NCBI GenBank assembly: GCA_031421535.1
Contig: JANOOV010000391.1
Span: 1 to 61,122 of the forward strand
From: Gammaproteobacteria bacterium
GTDB taxonomy: Bacteria > Pseudomonadota > Gammaproteobacteria > SG8-11
Reading direction: 5' to 3'
DNA length: 61,122 nt
Numbering within the stretch: position 1 is the first letter of the stretch; each line of letters begins with the position of its first letter. The position numbers were made by a program, and so were the translations under genes. The notes beneath the pieces are model-generated. The model did not search any database, was not told the origin of the DNA, and saw only the letters and a list, made by a program, of their open reading frames with translations. Of the stretch, positions 9,835 to 18,141 are shown piece by piece.

Positions 9835-9888
9835 GGAGTGCGGCGGCTTGCCGCCGCTTTGAAAAGCGGGAGCAAGCTCCCGCACTCC
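9835..9888. repeat. REP-like element predicted to fold as a Y-shaped, three-way junction
   Basis: ggagtgc-[gcggcggcttgccgccgc]-tttgaaaa-[gcgggagcaagctcccgc]-actcc: two internal hairpins enclosed by an outer 7-bp stem. Confidence 0.6.
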
Positions 9889-10103
9889 ATGAGTGCCCGG
9901 GCAGCAACCTTTCGGAGAGACCAAAGAAGGCAGAATAAAATCGGGCTGAATCGTTACAAATGATGTGCATCTGACGGCATGGAAATTCCGGTGGTTGACG
10001 ACCTGTTCACGACGACCGGATTCTACGCGAAATCCGGCAAGCGCATGGCGCACGCGGCGGCGCAACGGTGAATTTCTCACCGCGCCGTGAACAGATTTGA
10101 ACA

Positions 10104-10131
10104 TTGTCACTTGCAACCCGCCGACTATAAT
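10104..10131 (+). promoter_or_regulatory. Candidate sigma70 promoter for the 10198.. operon
   Basis: TTGTCA (10104-10109), a 16-nt spacer, then a perfect TATAAT (10126-10131), about 65 nt upstream of the ATG at 10198. Confidence 0.4.
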
Positions 10132-10197
10132 TTTTCCTCAACACCCGGCGTATATGCGCAGTCGCCGTGAATGCCCCCTACCCACCGGAGCCTGATC

Positions 10198-10470
10198 ATG
10201 AACACCGCGACTGCACGCATCGGTTTACTGTTAGTGGTTTTTTTTCTGCACAGCCATGTTGCGCTGGCCATAGACAATCCATCTGACTCCGTACCAACGC
10301 TGATCGCTGTGACGGAGCAGCCGCCAAGAAGCCAGGCCAGTGCGTTGGTCAGCTTCAGCTCGGGATGTTTGGGTGGCGCGGCCTTGGGCACGGTGCTTCC
10401 GGGCATCGGCAACATCATCGGCTGCATTGCGGGCGGTGCGTCGATGTGGTGGTTACGGCGCACTCCATGA
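10198..10470 (+). CDS. Small exported or membrane protein with a glycine-zipper-like C-terminus
   Basis: Signal-like N-terminus (MNTATARIGLLLVVFFLHSHVALA) and a GxxxG-rich tail (GCLGGAALGTVLPGIGNIIGCIAGGA). The stop overlaps the next start (ATGA). Confidence 0.55.
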   Translation: MNTATARIGLLLVVFFLHSHVALAIDNPSDSVPTLIAVTEQPPRSQASALVSFSSGCLGGAALGTVLPGIGNIIGCIAGGASMWWLRRTP

Positions 10471-11243
10471 AGCCGGTCGCGCTGCTCACCGAGTACGGCG
10501 TTACCGGCGGGGTGTTTCTGCTCAACCTGTTTATTTTTGCAACGCTGCTGGGCCAGCACGAGATCACTGTGCCGAATACCGTTGCGGTGTGGCAGCACTG
10601 GGCGGAACGCTTCGTCGCATTTGCCGCACCGTTGGCCAACAGCAACCTGCTGGAGCCGGTGTTAAGCACCGTCATCGCGACACTGGCGGTGATTCTGATT
10701 TTCTGCACCGGCTTGCTGCTGGAATTGACCGCACCGTGGTTTTTCGCCCCGCTTGAAATCTCCGCGTTCAAACGCTGGCTCGCGCGCAAGGACTACGCCT
10801 GGGTCGGTAAATTGATGCAGCTTCACCACCCGCTGATTGAAGAAGAGTACACGCGCTTTGTAAACGATCCGCCCTCGGCATGGCGGTCTCCGCAGCGCTT
10901 GCTGGCGCAGCGCGCACGCTACGCGCGCCTGCATTCCTTCATTTTTTCCTATTTGTTTTACAACGCGCGCGGCGCAAACCTGGAGCAATTGCAGGAACAA
11001 ATCCGCCTGTGGCGCACCAGCCGCGCGGTATCCACATCGATGATCTTTCTGGGCATTGCACTCACGGTCTACGCACCGGGCGACAACTTTGCCGCACACG
11101 TCTTCATCGCCTTGGGCATTCCGATTGCGTTGTTCGCCGTGTCGGCGCTGATCACCTACACCATCTACACCCGCTTGTGCATGACGCTGTGCGCGCTGCT
11201 GTATTTGAGCAGCCAAACCGAAATATCAAAACCAGCGCCCTAG
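10467..11243 (+). CDS. Hypothetical polytopic membrane protein
   Basis: Start MKPVALLTEYG is coupled to the upstream stop. The protein has several hydrophobic helices. No family recognised. Confidence 0.55.
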   Translation: MKPVALLTEYGVTGGVFLLNLFIFATLLGQHEITVPNTVAVWQHWAERFVAFAAPLANSNLLEPVLSTVIATLAVILIFCTGLLLELTAPWFFAPLEISAFKRWLARKDYAWVGKLMQLHHPLIEEEYTRFVNDPPSAWRSPQRLLAQRARYARLHSFIFSYLFYNARGANLEQLQEQIRLWRTSRAVSTSMIFLGIALTVYAPGDNFAAHVFIALGIPIALFAVSALITYTIYTRLCMTLCALLYLSSQTEISKPAP

Positions 11244-11372
11244 CCGCCTGTCGGACTTAAATTGCTACAACCTGCAACGCCCACATTTCAGTTTCAAAAA
11301 CAGGTGTCGATATAACGGTGGCGAACCCATTGCTCGCAAACCCACGCCCCCTAACCTGACTGCGTGATCGCC

Positions 11373-12155
11373 ATGCCAGAAATACTACCGCTCTCTTCAG
11401 ACGCCCTCACCGTCATTAACATCGCCACCATCGCGGCGGCCCTGATCGTCATGATGGTGGTCGCGTTTTATGCTATCGCCACGGTGCGTTCGGTCAAAGC
11501 CGAATTCAACAAAGTGAAACAGGCGCTGGGCCAGGTTGCCGCAGGCTCCTACAACGAGCAGATGCCGCACCCCAGTTTTAAAGAGAGCGCCGAAGTCCTG
11601 ATCTACATTGAACGGCTCGCGCACAGCCTCCAACGCCAGCGCGAAGCCGTCGCGATCCTGGCGTTCTCCGACCACCTTACCAATCTCGCCAATCGCGTGC
11701 GTTTTGAAGACGAACTGGGGCGCGGTTTCAACTTTGCCAAGCGCGGGCTGTCCATCTGCGTGGTGATCATCAACGTGTCCGGATTCAGCCAGCTCAATAC
11801 ACGCGGCGGCCGCGCATTGGGTGACCAACTGCTGCGCGTGATGGGCAATACACTGCGCCAGAATATTCGCAAAACCGATCTGGCCGCGCGCTTTGATTCT
11901 GACGAATTCGCCCTGGTGCTGCCCAGCATGGAAACCAGCGTTGTGGTCGGTTGGCTGGAACAACTCGAACAACATTTCATCACTGCACAACGCGGCGACG
12001 AGCTGCTGAAAACCTTCGAGCCGTGCCATCTGCGCTTCGGCTACTCGTTCGTCAGCGAAGTCGCGGACAAAGATGCGCAGGAAGTATTCGACCGCGCCAA
12101 CAAAGCCCTCGCGCAAGCGACGCCCGACGAAAAAAATCGTATCGTCGGCGTGTGA
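11373..12155 (+). CDS. Membrane-anchored GGDEF-domain protein with a degenerate active site (DSDEF) and a retained RxxD I-site
   Basis: An N-terminal TM helix and a HAMP-like linker precede the GGDEF fold (LTNLANRVRFEDEL ...). The signature reads IRKTDLAARFDSDEFALVL. An alternative GTG start lies at 11364. Confidence 0.8.
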   Translation: MPEILPLSSDALTVINIATIAAALIVMMVVAFYAIATVRSVKAEFNKVKQALGQVAAGSYNEQMPHPSFKESAEVLIYIERLAHSLQRQREAVAILAFSDHLTNLANRVRFEDELGRGFNFAKRGLSICVVIINVSGFSQLNTRGGRALGDQLLRVMGNTLRQNIRKTDLAARFDSDEFALVLPSMETSVVVGWLEQLEQHFITAQRGDELLKTFEPCHLRFGYSFVSEVADKDAQEVFDRANKALAQATPDEKNRIVGV

Positions 12156-12206
12156 TTGCAACACAACACCTGACTTAACCGTGCTCGCGCAGTGTGTTGA
12201 GCTTGA

Positions 12207-12431
12207 AATTCATGCAATAACGGTATCTCCTTTATCGATGCACAACTGCTATGGCATGACCCAAGGCTATTGGAAATCCCTGCAAAGACAGACGATGAGC
12301 CACGATATCTGGTGATAGGACTTATTCACGGGAAACATTGGTCAAGCATCGTTACTTATCGCGGCACCAATATTCGACTTATTTCTGTTCGCCGATCACG
12401 AATTGAGGAGATAGCACTCTATGAAAGCTAA
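12207..12431 (+). pseudogene. brnT: brnT-like (DUF497) toxin gene lacking its 5' end
   Basis: The open frame reads NNGISFIDAQLLWHDPRLLEIPAKTDDEPRYLVIGLIHGKHWSSIVTYRGTNIRLISVRRSRIEEIALYES* and overlaps the brnA ATG. In-frame stops lie at 12198-12206 and there is no start codon. A possible vestigial start, TTG AAA TTC (MKF), sits at 12203 in another frame. Confidence 0.6.
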
Positions 12432-12648
12432 AGCGTTCGATAAACAATTTGACGCAGGTGCTGATATTACGACTTCTCTGAACCTGTCCAAGGCGAAACG
12501 AGCTTTACAGGAGCAAAAGCGCGTGAATGTTGATTTTCCTGTGTGGATGATTGAATCACTTGATCGAGAAGCAGGAAAACTCGGCGTTACCCGACAATCC
12601 ATTATCAAAGTGTGGCTTGCCGAACGTCTTGAAGAATCAACTTCATAA
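12421..12648 (+). CDS. brnA: BrnA-type (CopG/RHH-like) antitoxin
   Basis: 75 aa. The C-terminal RHH-like segment is KRVNVDFPVWMIESLDREAGKLGVTRQSIIKVWLAERL. The start overlaps the end of the brnT-like frame. Confidence 0.75.
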   Translation: MKAKAFDKQFDAGADITTSLNLSKAKRALQEQKRVNVDFPVWMIESLDREAGKLGVTRQSIIKVWLAERLEESTS

Positions 12649-12696
12649 TGCTTGATTAGGACCAACGGTGCCCGGGTCTCGTCCCGATTCCAAAAT

Positions 12697-13530
12697 TTAC
12701 GATGCAGCGTCCTCTTCTCCCGCCATTCGCGCCCGTTTTTTCTGTTCCCGCCGCGCCTGCTCCACCAATTCGGTTGATGCTTGCCACGCTTGCGCGCAAA
12801 AAACGCTAAACAACGTGAGCAACTCCGGTTGCGGCAGCAAGGGTGTGTCGGTGGTTGCTGTGCCCGTGGCGAGCTCATACGCAGCGAGCAGACCGATATA
12901 CTCGCGCCGCTTTTCTTTGGGAATAGTGATCGGGGGCGAGCCGCTGCGCAGCACGGGCAAATTTGCCAACAAGCGCGCCATCCTGCCGTTGCCGTCGGAG
13001 AACGGGTGAATGCGCACGAAGCTGATGTGGATCTCGACATAGGCGGCTAATGCGGAATCGACATCGGTTGCAGCGCGCAGCTGCTGGTTCAGCAATTTCA
13101 ACCACGTGCGCATCAGTTCGGGCACAGCGCGTGGCGCCGCGTAGTCGATAAACACTTGTGCGCCGCGCGCATCGACGGCATAGGTTCCGTTCGGTTCCTG
13201 CTTCCACCGGCCGACGGGTTGCAGCATATCGGTAACGAGTTCCGTCTGGACCGCCGTGTGCAGGTCGAATACGTCTTGCTCGGTAATTAAACTGTCACGG
13301 CGGGTCAGGCTGTAAACAAGGTCAATCGCCCGTGCATGTCCGATGACCTCGTGATGATCTTTGAGCGATTTTCCGGATACCGTCAGGCCTTCATCGATAA
13401 CGAAGGCGGTTTCGCCCAACGTGAGGGTGTTGCCTTCGAGCGCGGTGGAGGTATGCGTCCAAAGATTGCGCAGTTGCGCGATCAACGCCGCGCGAATGTC
13501 TTGATCGAGTCCGTCAAAGAAATTGGGCAT
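12697..13530 (-). CDS. Fic family protein (AMPylase-type) with an N-terminal auto-inhibitory motif
   Basis: Fic motif HPFSDGNGRMARLL. The N-terminal STALEG matches the [ST]xxxE[GN] inhibitory-helix signature. Confidence 0.85.
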   Translation of the reverse strand: MPNFFDGLDQDIRAALIAQLRNLWTHTSTALEGNTLTLGETAFVIDEGLTVSGKSLKDHHEVIGHARAIDLVYSLTRRDSLITEQDVFDLHTAVQTELVTDMLQPVGRWKQEPNGTYAVDARGAQVFIDYAAPRAVPELMRTWLKLLNQQLRAATDVDSALAAYVEIHISFVRIHPFSDGNGRMARLLANLPVLRSGSPPITIPKEKRREYIGLLAAYELATGTATTDTPLLPQPELLTLFSVFCAQAWQASTELVEQARREQKKRARMAGEEDAAS

Positions 13531-13709
13531 GGTGTTGATGATGACCTTTTCCGGAAGCGCGTCAGTGAATCAAATGGCGTCGTGAAAAAACCACGGGCAT
13601 CGTAGCATGTGACTCAAGTCGTCAGATATCGGCGAAATCAGGGGTCGATTCATGATATGAAATGACGGCATACTTTGCGTAACCGGATTTATTTAAGAAC
13701 GGCGCGCCC

Positions 13710-14009
13710 GTGATCATCATCTACGACAAAAAAGGCTTTAATCAACTGCTGTGCCTGAACGCGGAAACGCTGCGCGATGCCGATCTGGCGGGCGCCAATC
13801 TGTTTGAAGCCAATCTGGTGCAGTGTGATTTACGCAGTGCTAATTTACGCGGCGCGAACCTCAGCCACGCCGATCTGCGTTTGGCGGATTTAACCGGGGC
13901 CGATCTGCGTGACGCCAATCTCGACGGTACGGATTTTACCGGTGCCGTGATGCACGAAACACGGTTTTCAAAAACGGTTATCCCGATCCAGCCCGTCAGT
14001 GGAACTTAA
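13710..14009 (+). CDS. Pentapeptide-repeat protein
   Basis: Runs of A(D/N)LxG/A pentads (ADLAGANLFEANLVQCDLRSANLRGANLSHADLRLADLTGADLRDANLDGTDFTGA). GTG start. Confidence 0.75.
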   Translation: MIIIYDKKGFNQLLCLNAETLRDADLAGANLFEANLVQCDLRSANLRGANLSHADLRLADLTGADLRDANLDGTDFTGAVMHETRFSKTVIPIQPVSGT

Positions 14010-14056
14010 AAGAACACTACACTGTAACCAACCACTCAAGGCCTAACTGAATCGAC

Positions 14057-14632
14057 ATGGCACACACCCCGCGCTTTCGCATCGACGTTAACGGCTGGAT
14101 CGCGCCCGCCCGCCACGTGCCCTCGCCAAATTTCAATACCCGGCCCGCCGACGCGCGCATCAGCTTGCTGGTGATTCATTCCATCAGCTTGCCGCCGGGC
14201 GAATTCGGCGGGCCGTGCATCGACGCTTTTTTCACCAACAGCCTCGACCGCGACGCACATCCCTATTTTCAGAGCATTGCCGACATGAAAGTGTCGTCGC
14301 ACCTGCTGATTCGCCGTGACGGCGCCGTAGTGCAATACGTGCCCTTTACGCAGCGCGCCTGGCATGCGGGCGCATCACAGTTCCAGGGTGTGACAGAATG
14401 TAACGACTACTCGATCGGGATCGAAATGGAAGGCTGTGACGAATACGGCTACGAGACGGCGCAGTACCGCACGCTGGCGGCCATCACCAAACTGCTGCAA
14501 AAAAATTATCCGGACATCACCACGGAACGCATCGCCGGTCACTGCGACATCGCCCCGCAACGCAAGACCGACCCCGGCCCGCATTTCGATTGGGAGCGTT
14601 ACCGAAAATCCATCCAGCCAAAACAAAGATAA
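14057..14632 (+). CDS. ampD: 1,6-anhydro-N-acetylmuramyl-L-alanine amidase AmpD
   Basis: Amidase_2 fold with AmpD-typical segments (PSPNFNTRP, LLVIHSISLPPGEFGG, VSSHLLIRRDG, AWHAGAS, NDYSIGIEMEG, AGHCDIAPQRKTDPGPHFDW). Confidence 0.9.
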   Translation: MAHTPRFRIDVNGWIAPARHVPSPNFNTRPADARISLLVIHSISLPPGEFGGPCIDAFFTNSLDRDAHPYFQSIADMKVSSHLLIRRDGAVVQYVPFTQRAWHAGASQFQGVTECNDYSIGIEMEGCDEYGYETAQYRTLAAITKLLQKNYPDITTERIAGHCDIAPQRKTDPGPHFDWERYRKSIQPKQR

Positions 14633-14645
14633 CAAGCGGCGCGCG

Positions 14646-15359
14646 TCAACGTAAAAAAGTCCAGCGTTCCTCCGTACCCATCAAGCCGGTGCGTGCGCAG
14701 TTAATCTCCGACGCTGCAATGTAAAGCATCCACACCTGCTGTCCGATGGGCTGCTTTGTCGCAAATACCTTCGGGCTCAAGAGCGCGACATTAAAGCTAC
14801 CCGCAATATCACGCACGGATTCATAGCGCAGCACGTCAACTTTCGCGGCACGCGCCACATCGGCGAAATCCTGGGTCGCCGTGTAGTCCGTGGGATGCAT
14901 CCAACGTGCGCGCTCTTTTAGCCACGGCGGCAGCGTCAAATCCAAGCAATGCTTTGAGGCATATTTCACCGAGAAAACAGTGACCAGAAAATCCGCGCGC
15001 GGCAGCGGCGTTTGCGGCGAGGCATCGAAGAAGCGCACGCGGTAATAGGCAAATTCCGCCAACGAGGTACGAATATGTTCGGAGGCGTAGTACACCCCTT
15101 CATGCGAGCGCGCGCGGCGAAAACGTGACCCGTGGGGAAACGGGTAATAGCGAAATGGTGTTTTCAGAAGATAGTGTAAAGACTCTGCACCGGCAGGATA
15201 CTGGGGTTTGCTTTCCTCCAGGATTTCTTCGAGTAATTCCTGTTCGGCGCGCGTATCGACAATTTTTCGCGTCGAGACGGTGTGCTGGTGTTCGACCGCG
15301 CGCCACACGATACCGCTCTTCCTGCGAATCTCAGACGCGAGCGCGGCAGGCGTCAACAT
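14646..15359 (-). CDS. RES-domain toxin (ParT/MbcT-like NAD-targeting family)
   Basis: R...E...S arrangement (GSRFRRA ... YASEHIRTSLAEFAYY ... S). It lies immediately downstream of, and overlaps, a DUF2384-type antitoxin gene. Confidence 0.75.
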   Translation of the reverse strand: MLTPAALASEIRRKSGIVWRAVEHQHTVSTRKIVDTRAEQELLEEILEESKPQYPAGAESLHYLLKTPFRYYPFPHGSRFRRARSHEGVYYASEHIRTSLAEFAYYRVRFFDASPQTPLPRADFLVTVFSVKYASKHCLDLTLPPWLKERARWMHPTDYTATQDFADVARAAKVDVLRYESVRDIAGSFNVALLSPKVFATKQPIGQQVWMLYIAASEINCARTGLMGTEERWTFLR

Positions 15360-15708
15360 AAGTGACCGTATCGACCAGGCCCGTCACGTGCCGGATCAGT
15401 TCCATCGGCGTGCCATTCAGGTCTTTGTTATGGTTCCGCATCCATGCCTGCGTGGATTTTTCATCACCTGCCATAATCGCATCAAGTCCGCGATACAGCC
15501 GGATGAACAACGCCGCAAGCTCCCACTCTTTCGACCCCGGAGTGAAATGGCATTCACCCGACCGCATTCGCGAAATATACGACTCGCTCTTGCCTACGAT
15601 CTCCGCGATGTTCGCCTGCTTCAAACCCAATGCCTCGGCTGATCTGAGCAGCGCCTTGCCCAGAACGATACTTTTTTGCTCTGCCGATGCGGAAACTGAC
15701 GTTTTCAT
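15331..15708 (-). CDS. Xre-like antitoxin with a DUF2384 (ParS/MbcA-type) C-terminal domain
   Basis: HTH segment LGLKQANIAEIVGKSESYISRMRSG and C-terminus WMRNHNKDLNGTPMELIRHVTGLVDTVTYVDA. ATG at 15708 is preferred over the TTG at 15735. Confidence 0.75.
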   Translation of the reverse strand: MKTSVSASAEQKSIVLGKALLRSAEALGLKQANIAEIVGKSESYISRMRSGECHFTPGSKEWELAALFIRLYRGLDAIMAGDEKSTQAWMRNHNKDLNGTPMELIRHVTGLVDTVTYVDACRARV

Positions 15709-15775
15709 GGCATGCCCGGAAAATTGATAATGCAAAGTATAACGCGAGTCGTTGTATATGCAATAACGGCCTGCA

Positions 15776-16705
15776 TCACATATTCCTGCATATTGCGGCT
15801 TCAGGTACAGCGGTCAGGCTGCTATTTCCAAGCAACGCACACTCGATAACCTGCGCATCGGTGGGACACAATGCGCCGACGCTCAAGCGCGCCAATACGT
15901 CATGCACCGGCACACCAAAATCAAGCCTGGCCAGCGTACGCGCCACATCGCTCTGCGCCACATGCGATAACACGTCTGCCGCACTCTCCTGCTCCGCACG
16001 CAAATGGAACTCAACCAGAATGGCGCGCAAATACTGCAAACTGTGCACCGGATGCGTGTTCATGTCGCTGATCAAATAATCGAAACGGGCGCGAAATTCC
16101 GCATCGCACGCATACGCTGCAAACACGCCACGCTGTTGCGCTGCCTGCAACGCGGCAAATAAACCGCGCTGTAATTCGTGCAGACGCGGTGCGTGGAAAA
16201 ACTTGTAAGCATGTTCCAGGTCGTGAGTCATGAACGCGAACGCATCCGGCTTGCGTAGCACCGGCTGACGTGCGCGCGCCGCGTCGCAAATGAGCGTCAC
16301 CGGGCGCAGGCCGCGCGCTTGAAAATCCAGCACTTCGGTTGGTAACGGTACATGCTCGCACAATACCAGCGGCCACCCGCCCCGCAGCCACTGGGCGAGC
16401 GCGATGTTGACATTAGGAATGACGCCGAGGAATTGATAACGCTCGAAGTAATTGATCAACAGGGCGTCACGCGCGACGTCGCGCGCCTGTGCAAGCTCAT
16501 GGCGCCACTGCACGGGATCAGGACGCGCATCGTGCCTAGAACGGCGCGCGGCGAAACGTCGGCCATGCACATGGATTTGCCAGTGCAGAAAATACCCGGC
16601 GGCAAAAGCTGCATCGCGCAGCTCTCCAGCACGCCAGCGGGTGGTTAAGGTGGTGATTGCTGCGGCGAGCGGGACGTCTTCGACTCTGTACACGGCCGAC
16701 CCCAC
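15776..16705 (-). CDS. Hypothetical protein (309 aa, His/Arg-rich, contains HDLEHAYKFFH)
   Basis: A long ORF with a GTG start, on the same strand as its neighbours and only 35 nt and 67 nt from them. No family recognised by eye. Confidence 0.5.
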   Translation of the reverse strand: MGSAVYRVEDVPLAAAITTLTTRWRAGELRDAAFAAGYFLHWQIHVHGRRFAARRSRHDARPDPVQWRHELAQARDVARDALLINYFERYQFLGVIPNVNIALAQWLRGGWPLVLCEHVPLPTEVLDFQARGLRPVTLICDAARARQPVLRKPDAFAFMTHDLEHAYKFFHAPRLHELQRGLFAALQAAQQRGVFAAYACDAEFRARFDYLISDMNTHPVHSLQYLRAILVEFHLRAEQESAADVLSHVAQSDVARTLARLDFGVPVHDVLARLSVGALCPTDAQVIECALLGNSSLTAVPEAAICRNM

Positions 16706-16740
16706 TCCTGATTTTCTGCGCTATCGAAATGAATCGCGGG

Positions 16741-18141
16741 TCAATTCAAAAGCTTGATGCTCTTCCAGGTTCCCGCTCCCCCACTCAGATCGCCCTCGAC
16801 ATTGACGATACTACCCAGCGACACCGCAGCAAAGAATGCATCTCTGCTACTCGGCCCGCCCACGTTGAAACTCGAAATGCCGGCAGTATTCACACTGACG
16901 CCCATCAAGCGCAGCGTCAGGCCAGCAACGTCCAGCTCGTTGACCGGACCCTGTAAAATCACTTTTGTATCGCCGCTTAATTCAGCTTCGATATGCGTGG
17001 CAATCACCTTGTTTGCGCTTGCGTCGTAGCGTCCGCGTACTGACACGCGATGAGTGTCCAAGGGAATAGTGGCAATACTGGTTATTTTATTGCCGCTACT
17101 GTCTTCACCGCTGTATTCGGTTGCACTGTCATCCGTAATGATTAATCCGCTCATTCCTTTTAGGGTCAAGGCATTGTTGGAATTAGTAGCGGCATACGAC
17201 AGCAGCTTCACACTTCCTTTAAATTCCACTTCGTGTGCGGCGACAACCCCACCCTGCAACGCGCCTTCAACTTCAACAAATGCACCGGCTACCAAATCCG
17301 CTTTCAGCCCCGCGCTGAATTTTGTCGATGCAGAAGTCTGCACGGTGACATTGTTGACGGTGAACGACGCGCCGTCGCCCGACACGGAGCCGACATAACC
17401 CTCGATCTCGAATTTATCCGCATCGGCAACGTCGAGTATGTCAGCCTTCAGGCTGGTGGCCACAAATACACCATTCACCAGTGACGATCCCTTCACCTCC
17501 ACCCGCAACCCGTCCGCAGGTACACCACTGGGCAACCCGGACACACCGGCATAATTGATCGTCAACACACCGATCATAAAGCTGTAAGCACCGGGCGTGG
17601 AATTGCTGACGATGCCCTTGAGCTTGTAGGTGCCCAGCGAATCCTTACGCTCCACGCGCGTTGCGATGATGACACCCGCACTCTTGACGATGCCGCTGAC
17701 CTCGACAAAATTCCCGACCGTCAAACTGGCGAGCGTCAGACCATCTTCATACCGGGTTGTTTCGTTCACAACGACTTGCTGTCCCAGCACCGTGAACGCA
17801 CCGGTACCTGTGTCGCTGACCGGCCCCTTGATCACCTCGTCCACCGAAATGGCATCTGCTGTTCCGCTGACGCTGTCGGCATTGATCTTGCCCTTGACGA
17901 CGACGACCATGCCAAGCCGCAACGCGCTGGTTGAAGCACCCACGCCTTCCACCTTGACCTGCGTCGCGCCGGTCTCAAACTCCACGCCATTCACCCACAC
18001 ACTGCCAAATTTGGTGATGGTCCCGACGGACACATCCGGGGCCGTCACCCCGGTTCCTGTCTCACCACCACCATCGGCGCAGGCCTGCAATAACAGCGCG
18101 AACGCCAATACAACACTGCGGTTTGCATGCAATACGCTCAT
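16741..18141 (-). CDS. DUF5666-type repeat lipoprotein
   Basis: Lipobox (LLLQAC) followed by repeated small-barrel modules (GTITKFGSVWVNGVEFET..., VEVKG..., VEVEG...). Confidence 0.65.
   Translation of the reverse strand: MSVLHANRSVVLAFALLLQACADGGGETGTGVTAPDVSVGTITKFGSVWVNGVEFETGATQVKVEGVGASTSALRLGMVVVVKGKINADSVSGTADAISVDEVIKGPVSDTGTGAFTVLGQQVVVNETTRYEDGLTLASLTVGNFVEVSGIVKSAGVIIATRVERKDSLGTYKLKGIVSNSTPGAYSFMIGVLTINYAGVSGLPSGVPADGLRVEVKGSSLVNGVFVATSLKADILDVADADKFEIEGYVGSVSGDGASFTVNNVTVQTSASTKFSAGLKADLVAGAFVEVEGALQGGVVAAHEVEFKGSVKLLSYAATNSNNALTLKGMSGLIITDDSATEYSGEDSSGNKITSIATIPLDTHRVSVRGRYDASANKVIATHIEAELSGDTKVILQGPVNELDVAGLTLRLMGVSVNTAGISSFNVGGPSSRDAFFAAVSLGSIVNVEGDLSGGAGTWKSIKLLN

Noticed and set aside
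9764-10116. ORFs 9775..10116(-), 9764..9970(-) and 9750..9938(+) in the 8760/10198 intergenic region
   Set aside because: They overlap the REP-like element and one another, have no RBS, and have Arg-rich nonsense-like composition.
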